Shown here: in pieces, positions 52,196 through 60,898 of the stretch
How positions within the stretch are numbered: the stretch's first letter is position 1
How the letters are laid out: each line of letters opens with the position of its first letter
DNA from: Escherichia coli
Lineage (GTDB): Bacteria; Pseudomonadota; Gammaproteobacteria; Enterobacterales; Enterobacteriaceae
DNA length: 64,000 nt
NCBI RefSeq assembly: GCF_050920415.1
Contig: NZ_CP169309.1
Reading direction: 5' to 3' (one strand)
Translations under genes and position numbers: made by a program
The notes under the pieces: generated by a model
Told to the model about the DNA's origin: nothing
The model's database searches: none
The model's input: the letters and a program-made list of their open reading frames with translations, nothing else

Positions 52196-53029
52196 ATGTA
52201 TCAGGCTCAGTTTTCTCATAACCCACTGTATTGCGTAGATATTATCAAGACTTATAAACCTGATTTCACGCCACGAGTGGCCTTTATTTTAGGTTCCGGG
52301 CTGGGCGCGCTGGCCGATCAGATTGAGAACGCGGTCGCAATTTCCTACGAAAAGCTGCCTGGGTTCCCGGTAAGTACCGTACACGGTCATGCGGGTGAGC
52401 TGGTGCTGGGTTATCTCCAGGGGGTGCCAGTGGCGTGCATGAAAGGTCGCGGACATTTCTACGAAGGTCGTGGGATGACCATCATGACGGATGCAATCCG
52501 TACCTTTAAGTTGCTGGGCTGCGAGTTGCTGTTCTGCACCAATGCGGCTGGCTCACTGCGTCCTGAAGTGGGGGCCGGCAGTCTGGTCGCATTGAAAGAT
52601 CACATCAACACCATGCCGGGAACGCCGATGGTGGGTCTTAATGATGAACGTTTTGGTGAGCGCTTCTTCTCGCTGGCGAATGCCTACGATGCGGAATACC
52701 GCGCACTGTTACAAAAAGTGGCGAAAGAAGAGGGGGTCCCTCTGACGGAGGGCGTGTTCGTCTCGTATCCGGGGCCGAATTTCGAGACTGCGGCGGAAAT
52801 TCGCATGATGCAAATTATTGGTGGGGATGTTGTTGGTATGTCTGTGGTGCCTGAGGTTATTTCAGCTCGCCATTGCGAACTTAAAGTCGTTGCGGTCTCT
52901 GCGATTACCAACATGGCGGAAGGTCTGAGTGACGTGAAGCTTTCTCATGCCCAAACGCTGGCAGCAGCGGAACTCTCAAAGCAAAACTTTATTAATCTTA
53001 TTTGCGGCTTTCTGCGCAAAATTGCCTGA
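52196..53029 (+). CDS. xapA: Purine nucleoside phosphorylase II (xanthosine phosphorylase)
   Basis: 277 aa PNP-family protein. Confidence 0.92.
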   Translation: MYQAQFSHNPLYCVDIIKTYKPDFTPRVAFILGSGLGALADQIENAVAISYEKLPGFPVSTVHGHAGELVLGYLQGVPVACMKGRGHFYEGRGMTIMTDAIRTFKLLGCELLFCTNAAGSLRPEVGAGSLVALKDHINTMPGTPMVGLNDERFGERFFSLANAYDAEYRALLQKVAKEEGVPLTEGVFVSYPGPNFETAAEIRMMQIIGGDVVGMSVVPEVISARHCELKVVAVSAITNMAEGLSDVKLSHAQTLAAAELSKQNFINLICGFLRKIA

Positions 53030-53089
53030 GTAAAACAACAATAAACGGCCTCACTGAGTGAGGCCATATGATGCGACAAGGAAACGATT

Positions 53090-54346
53090 ATGAGCATCGC
53101 TTTGCGCTTAAAGGTAATGTCCTTTTTGCAATATTTTATCTGGGGGAGCTGGCTGGTTACCCTCGGTTCTTACATGATTAATACCCTTCATTTCACCGGC
53201 GCTAATGTTGGCATGGTTTACAGTTCCAAAGGGATCGCCGCGATTATTATGCCTGGTATAATGGGGATCATCGCAGACAAATGGCTGCGTGCAGAACGTG
53301 CATACATGCTGTGTCACCTGGTGTGTGCAGGCGTACTTTTTTATGCGGCATCCGTAACTGATCCGGATATGATGTTTTGGGTGATGTTAGTCAATGCGAT
53401 GGCGTTTATGCCGACTATTGCGTTATCGAACAGCGTCTCTTATTCCTGTCTTGCCCAGGCAGGGCTTGACCCGGTGACCGCTTTCCCGCCCATTCGCGTT
53501 TTTGGTACGGTGGGGTTCATTGTCGCCATGTGGGCAGTAAGCCTGCTGCATCTGGAATTGAGTAGTCTGCAACTGTATATCGCGTCCGGTGCGTCATTGC
53601 TGCTGTCGGCTTATGCGCTGACTTTGCCGAAGATTCCGGTTGCGGAGAAAAAAGCGACTACATCGCTTGCCAGCAAGCTGGGTCTGGATGCCTTCGTGCT
53701 GTTTAAAAATCCACGCATGGCTATCTTTTTCCTCTTCGCCATGATGCTGGGTGCGGTGCTGCAAATTACCAACGTTTTTGGCAACCCGTTCCTGCATGAT
53801 TTCGCCCGTAATCCTGAGTTTGCTGATAGCTTCGTGGTGAAATATCCGTCCATTTTACTGTCAGTTTCACAGATGGCTGAAGTCGGTTTCATTCTGACGA
53901 TACCGTTCTTTTTGAAGCGTTTCGGTATTAAAACCGTCATGCTGATGAGTATGGTGGCGTGGACGCTGCGCTTTGGCTTCTTTGCCTATGGCGATCCATC
54001 ACCAACCGGGTTTATTTTGCTGTTGCTGTCGATGATTGTTTACGGTTGTGCATTCGATTTCTTCAATATTTCTGGTTCGGTCTTTGTCGAACAGGAAGTT
54101 GATTCCAGCATTCGTGCCAGCGCCCAGGGCCTTTTTATGACGATGGTAAATGGCGTCGGCGCATGGGTTGGCTCGATTCTGAGCGGTATGGCAGTGGATT
54201 ACTTCTCGGTGGATGGCGTAAAAGATTGGCATACCATTTGGCTGATGTTTGCAGGGTATGCTCTTTTCCTCGCAGTGATATTTTTCTTTGGGTTTAAATA
54301 TAACCATGACCCTGAAAAGATAACGCATCGTTCAGTTACACATTAA
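53090..54346 (+). CDS. xapB: Xanthosine permease (nucleoside:H+ symporter family)
   Basis: 418 aa 12-TM transporter. Confidence 0.92.
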   Translation: MSIALRLKVMSFLQYFIWGSWLVTLGSYMINTLHFTGANVGMVYSSKGIAAIIMPGIMGIIADKWLRAERAYMLCHLVCAGVLFYAASVTDPDMMFWVMLVNAMAFMPTIALSNSVSYSCLAQAGLDPVTAFPPIRVFGTVGFIVAMWAVSLLHLELSSLQLYIASGASLLLSAYALTLPKIPVAEKKATTSLASKLGLDAFVLFKNPRMAIFFLFAMMLGAVLQITNVFGNPFLHDFARNPEFADSFVVKYPSILLSVSQMAEVGFILTIPFFLKRFGIKTVMLMSMVAWTLRFGFFAYGDPSPTGFILLLLSMIVYGCAFDFFNISGSVFVEQEVDSSIRASAQGLFMTMVNGVGAWVGSILSGMAVDYFSVDGVKDWHTIWLMFAGYALFLAVIFFFGFKYNHDPEKITHRSVTH

Positions 54347-54597
54347 AAGGATTCGCAGCTCTGTTCCTTGGGGCTGCTTTCATGATAAAGGTTAATTAGT
54401 GAAAGATATTTTATTTTCTTCTGGCGTTGGTTTTGGCATTGGTGCTTTGTTTACAATCGTGCGATTACCTATTCCTGTTCCAAATGTATTGCCGGGTATA
54501 TTATCCATCGTGTTTATGTATGTCGGATATCTGGTGGTGAAATACTTTATGCCATGATAATTTAATACGATGTATTTTTTATATGGAGCACTTAATT

Positions 54598-55482
54598 ATG
54601 GAACGCATATATAGAACAGATCTTAAGTTGCTCCGTTATTTTCTTGCCGTAGCGGAAGAGTTGCATTTTGGTCGCGCAGCAGCGCGTTTAAATATGTCTC
54701 AGCCTCCGCTCAGTATTCATATTAAAGAGCTGGAAAATCAACTCGGCACGCAGCTTTTTATTCGCCATTCGCGCAGCGTCGTACTGACACACGCGGGCAA
54801 AATCTTGATGGAAGAATCGCGTCGATTGCTGGTGAATGCAAATAATATATTGGCTCGGGTTGAACAAATAGGTCGGGGAGAAGCAGGGCGGATTGAACTC
54901 GGGGTTGTGGGAACGGCAATGTGGGGACGGATGCGCCCGGTTATGCGGCGATTCCTTAGAGAAAATCCTAACGTTGAAGTTCTGTTTCGCGAAAAGATGC
55001 CCGCGATGCAAATGGCCTTGCTGGAACGCCGCGAACTTGATGCCGGGATCTGGCGAATGGCGACAGAACCACCGACTGGTTTTACCAGCTTACGGTTGCA
55101 TGAATCGGCGTTTCTGGTGGCGATGCCTGAAGAGCATCATCTCTCATCATTTTCCACCGTCCCGCTGGAAGCGCTACGTGACGAGTATTTCGTTACAATG
55201 CCGCCCGTGTACACTGACTGGGATTTTTTGCAGCGAGTTTGCCAGCAGGTGGGATTTTCACCGGTTGTTATTCGCGAAGTTAATGAACCGCAAACGGTAC
55301 TCGCCATGGTCAGTATGGGTATTGGTATCACATTGATAGCGGACAGCTACGCGCAGATGAACTGGCCCGGTGTCATATTCCGTCCGCTCAAAGAACGCAT
55401 CCCGGCAGACTTATATATTGTTTATGAAACGCAGCAGGTGACGCCCGCGCTGGTTAAACTGCTGGCGGCGTTGGCGCAGTAG
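54598..55482 (+). CDS. xapR: LysR-family activator of the xap operon, XapR
   Basis: ORF 54583..55482; start taken at ATG 54598 (MERIYRTDLKLLRYF...), 294 aa; the 54583 ATG is an alternative. Confidence 0.88.
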   Translation: MERIYRTDLKLLRYFLAVAEELHFGRAAARLNMSQPPLSIHIKELENQLGTQLFIRHSRSVVLTHAGKILMEESRRLLVNANNILARVEQIGRGEAGRIELGVVGTAMWGRMRPVMRRFLRENPNVEVLFREKMPAMQMALLERRELDAGIWRMATEPPTGFTSLRLHESAFLVAMPEEHHLSSFSTVPLEALRDEYFVTMPPVYTDWDFLQRVCQQVGFSPVVIREVNEPQTVLAMVSMGIGITLIADSYAQMNWPGVIFRPLKERIPADLYIVYETQQVTPALVKLLAALAQ

Positions 55483-55500
55483 ATGAGAGGCACGGGAACT

Positions 55501-55540
55501 GCCGGACATAGTTGGTCTGATAAGCGAAGCGCATCAGGCA
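55501..55540. repeat. REP element downstream of xapR
   Basis: gccggacatagttggtctgataagcgaagcgcatcaggc. Confidence 0.6.
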
Positions 55541-55552
55541 ATTTCGCAAATT

Positions 55553-55607
55553 GCAGATAGTAAAAAAGCGCCTTTAGGGCGCTTTTTTACATTGGTGGGT
55601 CGTGCAG
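55553..55607 (-). repeat. Direct repeat copy 1: tRNA-Lys 3'-end fragment plus terminator hairpin
   Basis: gcagatagtaaaaaagcgcctttagggcgcttttttacattggtgggtcgtgcag; on the minus strand this reads CTGCACGACCCACCA (tRNA 3' end) followed by an A-run/gcgcc/ggcgc/T-run terminator. Confidence 0.7.
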
Positions 55608-55674
55608 GATGACTCGCTTCGCTCGCCCTTCGGGCCGTCGCCGCGAGCGGCTCCGTTGTTTCGCTGCGCTCAAC

Positions 55675-55698
55675 TCGAACCTGCTGCAGGTTCGAATC
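55675..55698. other. Palindrome built from head-to-head tRNA T-arm fragments
   Basis: tcgaacctgc-tgcaggttcgaatc; GGTTCGAATC is the conserved tRNA T-arm, present in both orientations. Confidence 0.55.
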
Positions 55699-55708
55699 TT
55701 TGAGTATC

Positions 55709-55763
55709 GCAGATAGCAAAAAAGCGCCTTTAGGGCGCTTTTTTACATTGGTGGGTCGTGCAG
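55709..55763 (-). repeat. Direct repeat copy 2: tRNA-Lys 3'-end fragment plus terminator hairpin
   Basis: 55-bp copy with one mismatch to copy 1, 156 bp downstream of it. Confidence 0.7.
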
Positions 55764-55927
55764 AATCCTTATTCAGACTCTAACCTTTTGAAAAATCAAG
55801 AGATATAACACTAACAACCATCACTGTGGGCCTAATTATAGGCCCATTTTTGAAAGCTGCAAGTAAGAATTGATTTTGGTGATTTAAGTGCACAATTTTC
55901 AGGCAGCGCGGGAGTTGCAGCGGCATA

Positions 55928-56227
55928 TCAGGAGATCATTAACCCGGATTCACCTTCCACGATCACACCACCATGTTCGGTGGTATCTCCCATACGGGCA
56001 ACGGCTTTACCGTTAATTTTGAGAACCGTTGAACCGGAAACAATAGTGTCTTTGCTACCGCTACCTTTGCAGGTGAGCTTATCACCCACCAACGCCAGCG
56101 GAACACCATTATACGTAACAAAGGTCTGCTGACATTCACTGACCGGGCCACCAATATGTGGGCGGGGGCCGGGATCAACTTTCGGGCAGGTATGGTTATG
56201 TCCTTTGAGTACCACGGCTTTACTCAT
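55928..56227 (-). CDS. PAAR-domain protein (putative T6SS spike-sharpening protein)
   Basis: ORF 55928..56317 trimmed to ATG 56227, which overlaps the upstream stop as ATGA; 99 aa, MSKAVVLKGHNHTCP...LKINGKAVARMGDTTEHGGVIVEGESGLMIS with a PAAR-like KAVAR motif. Confidence 0.7.
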   Translation of the reverse strand: MSKAVVLKGHNHTCPKVDPGPRPHIGGPVSECQQTFVTYNGVPLALVGDKLTCKGSGSKDTIVSGSTVLKINGKAVARMGDTTEHGGVIVEGESGLMIS

Positions 56228-56982
56228 CGTCTGTTCTCCTGCGCAGTTTTTGTGAATATGTCCAGAAGTCGCCAGTAAGCATACTCCTGTTGTCCCAGAT
56301 TCAGGCAACCATACCACCGTGGATGCAGAGGATCATCAAAACAACGAAATCCGTCATAATATTGGGCTACTGCCAGTAGCACTTCGGCCTGTCCGCCGGA
56401 TTCATAGCGGGATAGCGCCCGCCTTGCACTAGCCATCAGTTGTCGGTATATATTTTCATATAGCTCAACTGTTGGCGAAAAAGCCGTTCTTTTTTCCACC
56501 GTATACAGGCGGGTGAAAATCTGACCACTCCCCAGCCAGGCATTGTGATATTGGGGGATAATGCAGTGAGGCGTATCCGGCCCCCAGGAATGTTTATAGT
56601 GTTCACTAAGCCAGTCAACAGACCAGTCATCTTTATGTGCTATCAGGTATGCAGGTATAGTCTCATCTTGCGGGGATGTCTTTGCACTAATGTAGTGTTC
56701 AACAATTTTCTGCAATTCCGTATAGCGGACATCCTCCATAAAAAACGATCCCAGGCACAATCTGGCACTGGCAATATGTATAGCAAGCAATTGATCAGGA
56801 ACTTTTTGAGTCTCAGTCCATTGATAGCTCTGTCTGATTAATTCATCAATAGCGGATGCGGGAAGCTTTCTGTCGGTAATAACCTTACCAAAGCGGTTTA
56901 CCAGCCAGACGCGGCCCTTTTTCAGAAATTCCATCATCCGGTGCTCCGCCAGACTACGGTAAGTTGCTTCTGTTATCCTCAT
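56224..56982 (-). CDS. Hypothetical protein, paralog of the 309-aa upstream gene; candidate T6SS immunity protein
   Basis: 252 aa; shares FMEDVRYTELQKIVEHYISA and LLAIHIASA motifs with FVKEALYTQNEVLLKEWLTA and IVLAIEMLAS of the neighbour. Confidence 0.45.
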   Translation of the reverse strand: MRITEATYRSLAEHRMMEFLKKGRVWLVNRFGKVITDRKLPASAIDELIRQSYQWTETQKVPDQLLAIHIASARLCLGSFFMEDVRYTELQKIVEHYISAKTSPQDETIPAYLIAHKDDWSVDWLSEHYKHSWGPDTPHCIIPQYHNAWLGSGQIFTRLYTVEKRTAFSPTVELYENIYRQLMASARRALSRYESGGQAEVLLAVAQYYDGFRCFDDPLHPRWYGCLNLGQQEYAYWRLLDIFTKTAQENRR

Positions 56983-57014
56983 GACTTCAGCCTCTCCCTT
57001 ACGCTATTGCAACA

Positions 57015-57944
57015 TTATTTAAAAAGCGTTTTTGTAAAAGCCAATTCCGGGTTAATGGCGATCAGTTTATCCAGCAATGGATAAAACCACTCCGGGGCAT
57101 TCCAGCGGCTGAAATCGGGGCGATGATCAATTGCCAGCGGTGTTTTTAACAGCGGATGATCGATTTCTGGGGTGGAAAGACCATGCTCTGCCCGAAAATT
57201 TTTTACTGCCTGATATTCAAACGGCCAGAGCAGCAATTCTCGGTCTTCAATTTCATAACCATTTCTGGCATATTCGTCTTCAGTTGTTTCGGTACGTGCC
57301 GACCATTTAAGATGGTTATCGCAAAGTGCTGTCAGCCACTCCTTCAGCAAGACTTCATTCTGTGTGTAGAGCGCTTCTTTTACAAACTGGGTATAAAAAC
57401 GATCAGAGGGGATACCAAATGTCTCCCAGTTGATAGTTTGTTTCTGTTCGCTGGCAAGCATTTCAATTGCCAGCACAATCATTTTTTGCGGTTTAAGCTT
57501 TTTAGCTTTTGCTACGTCAAAGTTTTTCAAACCTTGGGTGAAATAAGGATAATAAAGACGGGCGATATCAAGACGATGCGTTGCCATAAATGATAGGAGT
57601 GGAATTCCTTTCTTATAGAAAAAACCATCTAAGAAACCTGTGGTTTTAGAATATTGAATGGCTTCACAAAACAAATTCATGGATTTACATGCAACATAAT
57701 CACATATTAACGAGTTATCCTCTTTGTTTTTGTAAAATAAATACCACGCATATAGATAACAAAAGGATGAAGCTGCATCATAGAATATATATTGTGAATC
57801 AGATATTTCCTCGCCATTCGAATTGCCCACTTCTAATAAAGCATCAGAAATATCCTCATTGGAAATGTTTATATATCTGTTAACATCCATGTTAAAGGAA
57901 CTTTCATTAACAAAATAAGAATGAATTTCATTGTATCTTTTCAA
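57015..57944 (-). CDS. Hypothetical protein, paralog of the 252-aa downstream gene; candidate T6SS immunity protein
   Basis: 309 aa; AT-rich N-terminal third; C-terminal region homologous to the 252-aa ORF. Confidence 0.45.
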   Translation of the reverse strand: MKRYNEIHSYFVNESSFNMDVNRYINISNEDISDALLEVGNSNGEEISDSQYIFYDAASSFCYLYAWYLFYKNKEDNSLICDYVACKSMNLFCEAIQYSKTTGFLDGFFYKKGIPLLSFMATHRLDIARLYYPYFTQGLKNFDVAKAKKLKPQKMIVLAIEMLASEQKQTINWETFGIPSDRFYTQFVKEALYTQNEVLLKEWLTALCDNHLKWSARTETTEDEYARNGYEIEDRELLLWPFEYQAVKNFRAEHGLSTPEIDHPLLKTPLAIDHRPDFSRWNAPEWFYPLLDKLIAINPELAFTKTLFK

Positions 57945-57946
57945 TT

Positions 57947-58972
57947 TTAATTTCCTTCTTTTTGAGGAAGACTACTGTGAAAAGGAATATCCGTTTTAAA
58001 TTTATCTTTGACTATTTTTGCATCACCAAACCACAAGGAAATAGATGACATTCCCTCTGGGCAAGCTATGTTTTCAATTAATTTATATTCTTCGTTTATA
58101 CCTTGACCAATAACAAGTCCTATAACGCCCATTTCACCATTAGGTTTATTTTGATCTCGAAGTGCTTTTAGCAATTTTTTTACATTTCTTCGTTTTTCAT
58201 CATCCATCACATAACCACCTGGATTTTCTTTATTCATTTTTAACGCATTTTCAATTCTCTCTATAGCATAGTCAATGGCTCCCTCCTGTTTCTCTGATAA
58301 AATACCTTCATACTGCGTAAAATCACCTGCATCGTCACCATGACATGCCTTTGTTTTTACTTCACAGATCAGCCAAAAATCATCCGGCGGCGGTGAAGGG
58401 TTTTTTACTTTAGCAACAAGATCAAGGCCGTTTTTGGTTTTGACGTGCTGAACCGACATCACCGAACCTTCTACTACGCTGAAGTTAACGGTAGCCGTTG
58501 CCTGTTTAGCCTCCTTATTATAGATATGAAATTGTGCATTTCCCTGTTTCATCTTCCTGGCGAGAAGCACCTCGCCAACATCACCAGTAAACTGATTGAT
58601 TTTCAAAGAAAATAAGCTATCAAAAATCTTATTTTTAATCAAAAAATTAGCAACCTCAGTTGCGCTCATGCCAATTTCTGTATCGCCATTAACCTTTACG
58701 CGAAATGTTGCGTGTGTTGTACTGCCAGGCTCAAGCTCTGACTCAATACGTACAATTGCTTCCGTTGCATCTTTATTACCGGAACCTGACGCATGTGTTA
58801 TCCCTACAGTAATCCTGGTCGGGCCGGCTTGTTCTTCAAAAGTGGCAAAGGCCGTATTGGCTCTGAGGACTTCAGCCTCGGCTTCTTTTACTCTTTTCGC
58901 ATCATTAATCGCACGCCGGTTTACCTGCGTAACATTTACTGCATCTTCGATAGCCCCTGTACCTTTTCCCAT
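57947..58972 (-). CDS. Hypothetical protein with a possible PD-(D/E)xK nuclease motif; candidate T6SS toxin domain or immunity protein
   Basis: 341 aa; start overlaps the upstream stop as TAATG; literal PDDFWLICEVK matches the P-D...(D/E)-x-K pattern. Confidence 0.4.
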   Translation of the reverse strand: MGKGTGAIEDAVNVTQVNRRAINDAKRVKEAEAEVLRANTAFATFEEQAGPTRITVGITHASGSGNKDATEAIVRIESELEPGSTTHATFRVKVNGDTEIGMSATEVANFLIKNKIFDSLFSLKINQFTGDVGEVLLARKMKQGNAQFHIYNKEAKQATATVNFSVVEGSVMSVQHVKTKNGLDLVAKVKNPSPPPDDFWLICEVKTKACHGDDAGDFTQYEGILSEKQEGAIDYAIERIENALKMNKENPGGYVMDDEKRRNVKKLLKALRDQNKPNGEMGVIGLVIGQGINEEYKLIENIACPEGMSSISLWFGDAKIVKDKFKTDIPFHSSLPQKEGN

Positions 58973-60306
58973 TATTTTTCCACTCCCTGGTCTTCATTCT
59001 CAATCTTCATTGAGGAAACCTCTACTTCATTTACCAGTGCAACCTTACTGCCAAGGTAAGCGCCGCCACCACTGGTAACTAATGCTGAAGCAAATTTATA
59101 TTGTGGTTTTTTACCAAATACCATCAGGGTATTTATTGCATGAAAGGCCACTTCAATATTATGTCCCCCACCTGATTTTTTATCCAGATAGCGGGAAAAC
59201 TCAAGCAGTGGATTATATCCATCGGCTTTTGAACCAAGCCACCGATTACGCAGTTTATCCGCTACCTCAATACCATGATTGACATCCACAACAAGCATAG
59301 CAATACGAAGAACCTTCATTGAACCTTTTAAAAAAATAGTCCCGGAAACAATAGCAGCAATCGTCAGAAGTGCATCAGCGACCTCTAAAATAACATCCCT
59401 TACAACATCAAGAGACCGGTTCTCATCAGCCTGATTAAGAACGGCACGGATAAATTCTTCCGCCAGATCAGAGGGGGATTTATGTAATGGGCCGGCCAGT
59501 CTTTCAGGACGACTTCCTGCACTATTTGTCGCCAGCTCACCATATATCAGCGATACATCAAGTGTTTCATATGGACGGTATTTCAGTTGCTCATCGGTTA
59601 ACACATCCCGGTATTCAGCAGGAAGACCTATCGGAACTTCTGCATCTCTGTAGATATAAATATCCGGCGCAACCTCAACAACAAAATCATCTCCCCAGAA
59701 TGTACTGCCATGAGTTCTGGCATGTTCCACTTTATAATTATTACTGTAATAAGGGATAATATTTGCACCAACCTCATGGTATCTTAATTTAAATTTAGCA
59801 TCTTCCAGTTGAACGGTTTCTCCTTTATATTTAACAGCAAACCCGTTGCCGTCTGGGCTTTCCCTGGCCTGTTCGTCAAAAAGCAGTGCAAAATTGAGAA
59901 ATGCTTCATCCCCAAGTTGTTTTCTGACGGCATCAAAAAACGCATCCATTGCCACAATTTCTTTTGCTGTTTCAATAGCATTTCTTTCCGCATCCGTTAA
60001 ATCTGGCGAGTCCTGTATTGTTGCATAACGGGTGATTTCATTATTCAGACTACGGAGTGGAATACCTCGCTGTAAATGTACCTGTGAGGTCTTCTTATCC
60101 ACTGGCTCAAAGAAAGATCCCATGAAACTGGCTGTATTCTTATAAAAGTCTTCTATCGCCTGCTGTCCCTCAGCCGTTGAGCTGTCAAACTCCACAAAAG
60201 CGCCAAATGGTTTCAGCGGGCATGTTGCTGTTGCGCTTTTTGCATCACACGGTATTGCGTCAGAAGGAATGCTTCCCGTTGCCGCTCCGTCAGTATCATC
60301 CATCAC
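58972..60306 (-). CDS. Hypothetical protein; candidate T6SS cargo effector partnered with the DUF4123 adaptor
   Basis: 444 aa; sits directly downstream of the DUF4123 gene, the canonical effector position; hydrophobic segment ALLTIAAIVSGTIFL; no GxSxG lipase motif. Confidence 0.45.
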   Translation of the reverse strand: MMDDTDGAATGSIPSDAIPCDAKSATATCPLKPFGAFVEFDSSTAEGQQAIEDFYKNTASFMGSFFEPVDKKTSQVHLQRGIPLRSLNNEITRYATIQDSPDLTDAERNAIETAKEIVAMDAFFDAVRKQLGDEAFLNFALLFDEQARESPDGNGFAVKYKGETVQLEDAKFKLRYHEVGANIIPYYSNNYKVEHARTHGSTFWGDDFVVEVAPDIYIYRDAEVPIGLPAEYRDVLTDEQLKYRPYETLDVSLIYGELATNSAGSRPERLAGPLHKSPSDLAEEFIRAVLNQADENRSLDVVRDVILEVADALLTIAAIVSGTIFLKGSMKVLRIAMLVVDVNHGIEVADKLRNRWLGSKADGYNPLLEFSRYLDKKSGGGHNIEVAFHAINTLMVFGKKPQYKFASALVTSGGGAYLGSKVALVNEVEVSSMKIENEDQGVEK

Positions 60307-60322
60307 TTACACTCCTTTTTTG

Positions 60323-60898
60323 CTATATAAAGACCAGACTATTTTTTTCTTTTGGGTTTTCACAAATAATATTTGTCAGTCCGGTGGTAAATTCTGCAAA
60401 ATCGTCCGCAGGTAAAAAAGGAATAAAATCCCGCACTGTTTCAGGCGCATAATACCGGAACATGACCCACATTTTATTTACCTCATCATAAAGCTGATTA
60501 AATTTTCGCAGATGATGAGTCAGTTCATTCAGGGAAAGATAGCTGCGGATAAAAATACCCCAGCCATTACCCCGGCTGCTTCTTATCAGCCATTCCGTAA
60601 ATGGCTTATCTTTTTCCAGCCGGACGATATAAGGCGCATAAAGAGAAAACTGTTCTCCCAGTTCACCTTTCCATAAGCATGACCATTCCGTCTCATACGC
60701 ATCAAGTAAAACGGCAATATCCGGTTTTTTTAATGCATCAATGATGGCATAAGTGTGGCAGTCAGTTATTTTACTGGCAGATATCACTGATATATCATCA
60801 GATGCTGTTTTTTCCGGCATACTGAAAAGAAAGCCTGTCAGCGCATCCTGGTATAATTGTGTATCTTCCGGCACATCAATAATTTTCAGTCGGCTCAT
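60323..60898 (-). CDS. DUF4123-family T6SS effector adaptor/chaperone (Tap/Tec-like)
   Basis: 191 aa; YAIIDA, YAPYIV, HLRKF and RYYAPETVRDF motifs match my recollection of the DUF4123 signature; ATGA overlap with the vgrG stop. Confidence 0.75.
   Translation of the reverse strand: MSRLKIIDVPEDTQLYQDALTGFLFSMPEKTASDDISVISASKITDCHTYAIIDALKKPDIAVLLDAYETEWSCLWKGELGEQFSLYAPYIVRLEKDKPFTEWLIRSSRGNGWGIFIRSYLSLNELTHHLRKFNQLYDEVNKMWVMFRYYAPETVRDFIPFLPADDFAEFTTGLTNIICENPKEKNSLVFI

Noticed and set aside
55553-55763. An intact tRNA-Lys gene downstream of xapR
   Set aside because: Only about 15-18 nt of the tRNA 3' end (twice) and isolated T-arm fragments are present; no complete cloverleaf can be assembled, so these are called remnants and repeats rather than a tRNA.
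55928-56317. 129-aa version of the PAAR ORF starting at 56317
   Set aside because: It would overlap the 3' end of the upstream gene by 90 nt; the internal ATG at 56227 forms an ATGA coupling junction and gives a typical PAAR size.
58972-60306. 444-aa protein as a Tle-type phospholipase effector
   Set aside because: No GxSxG or other lipase nucleophile motif found on reading the sequence; left as an uncharacterised effector candidate.
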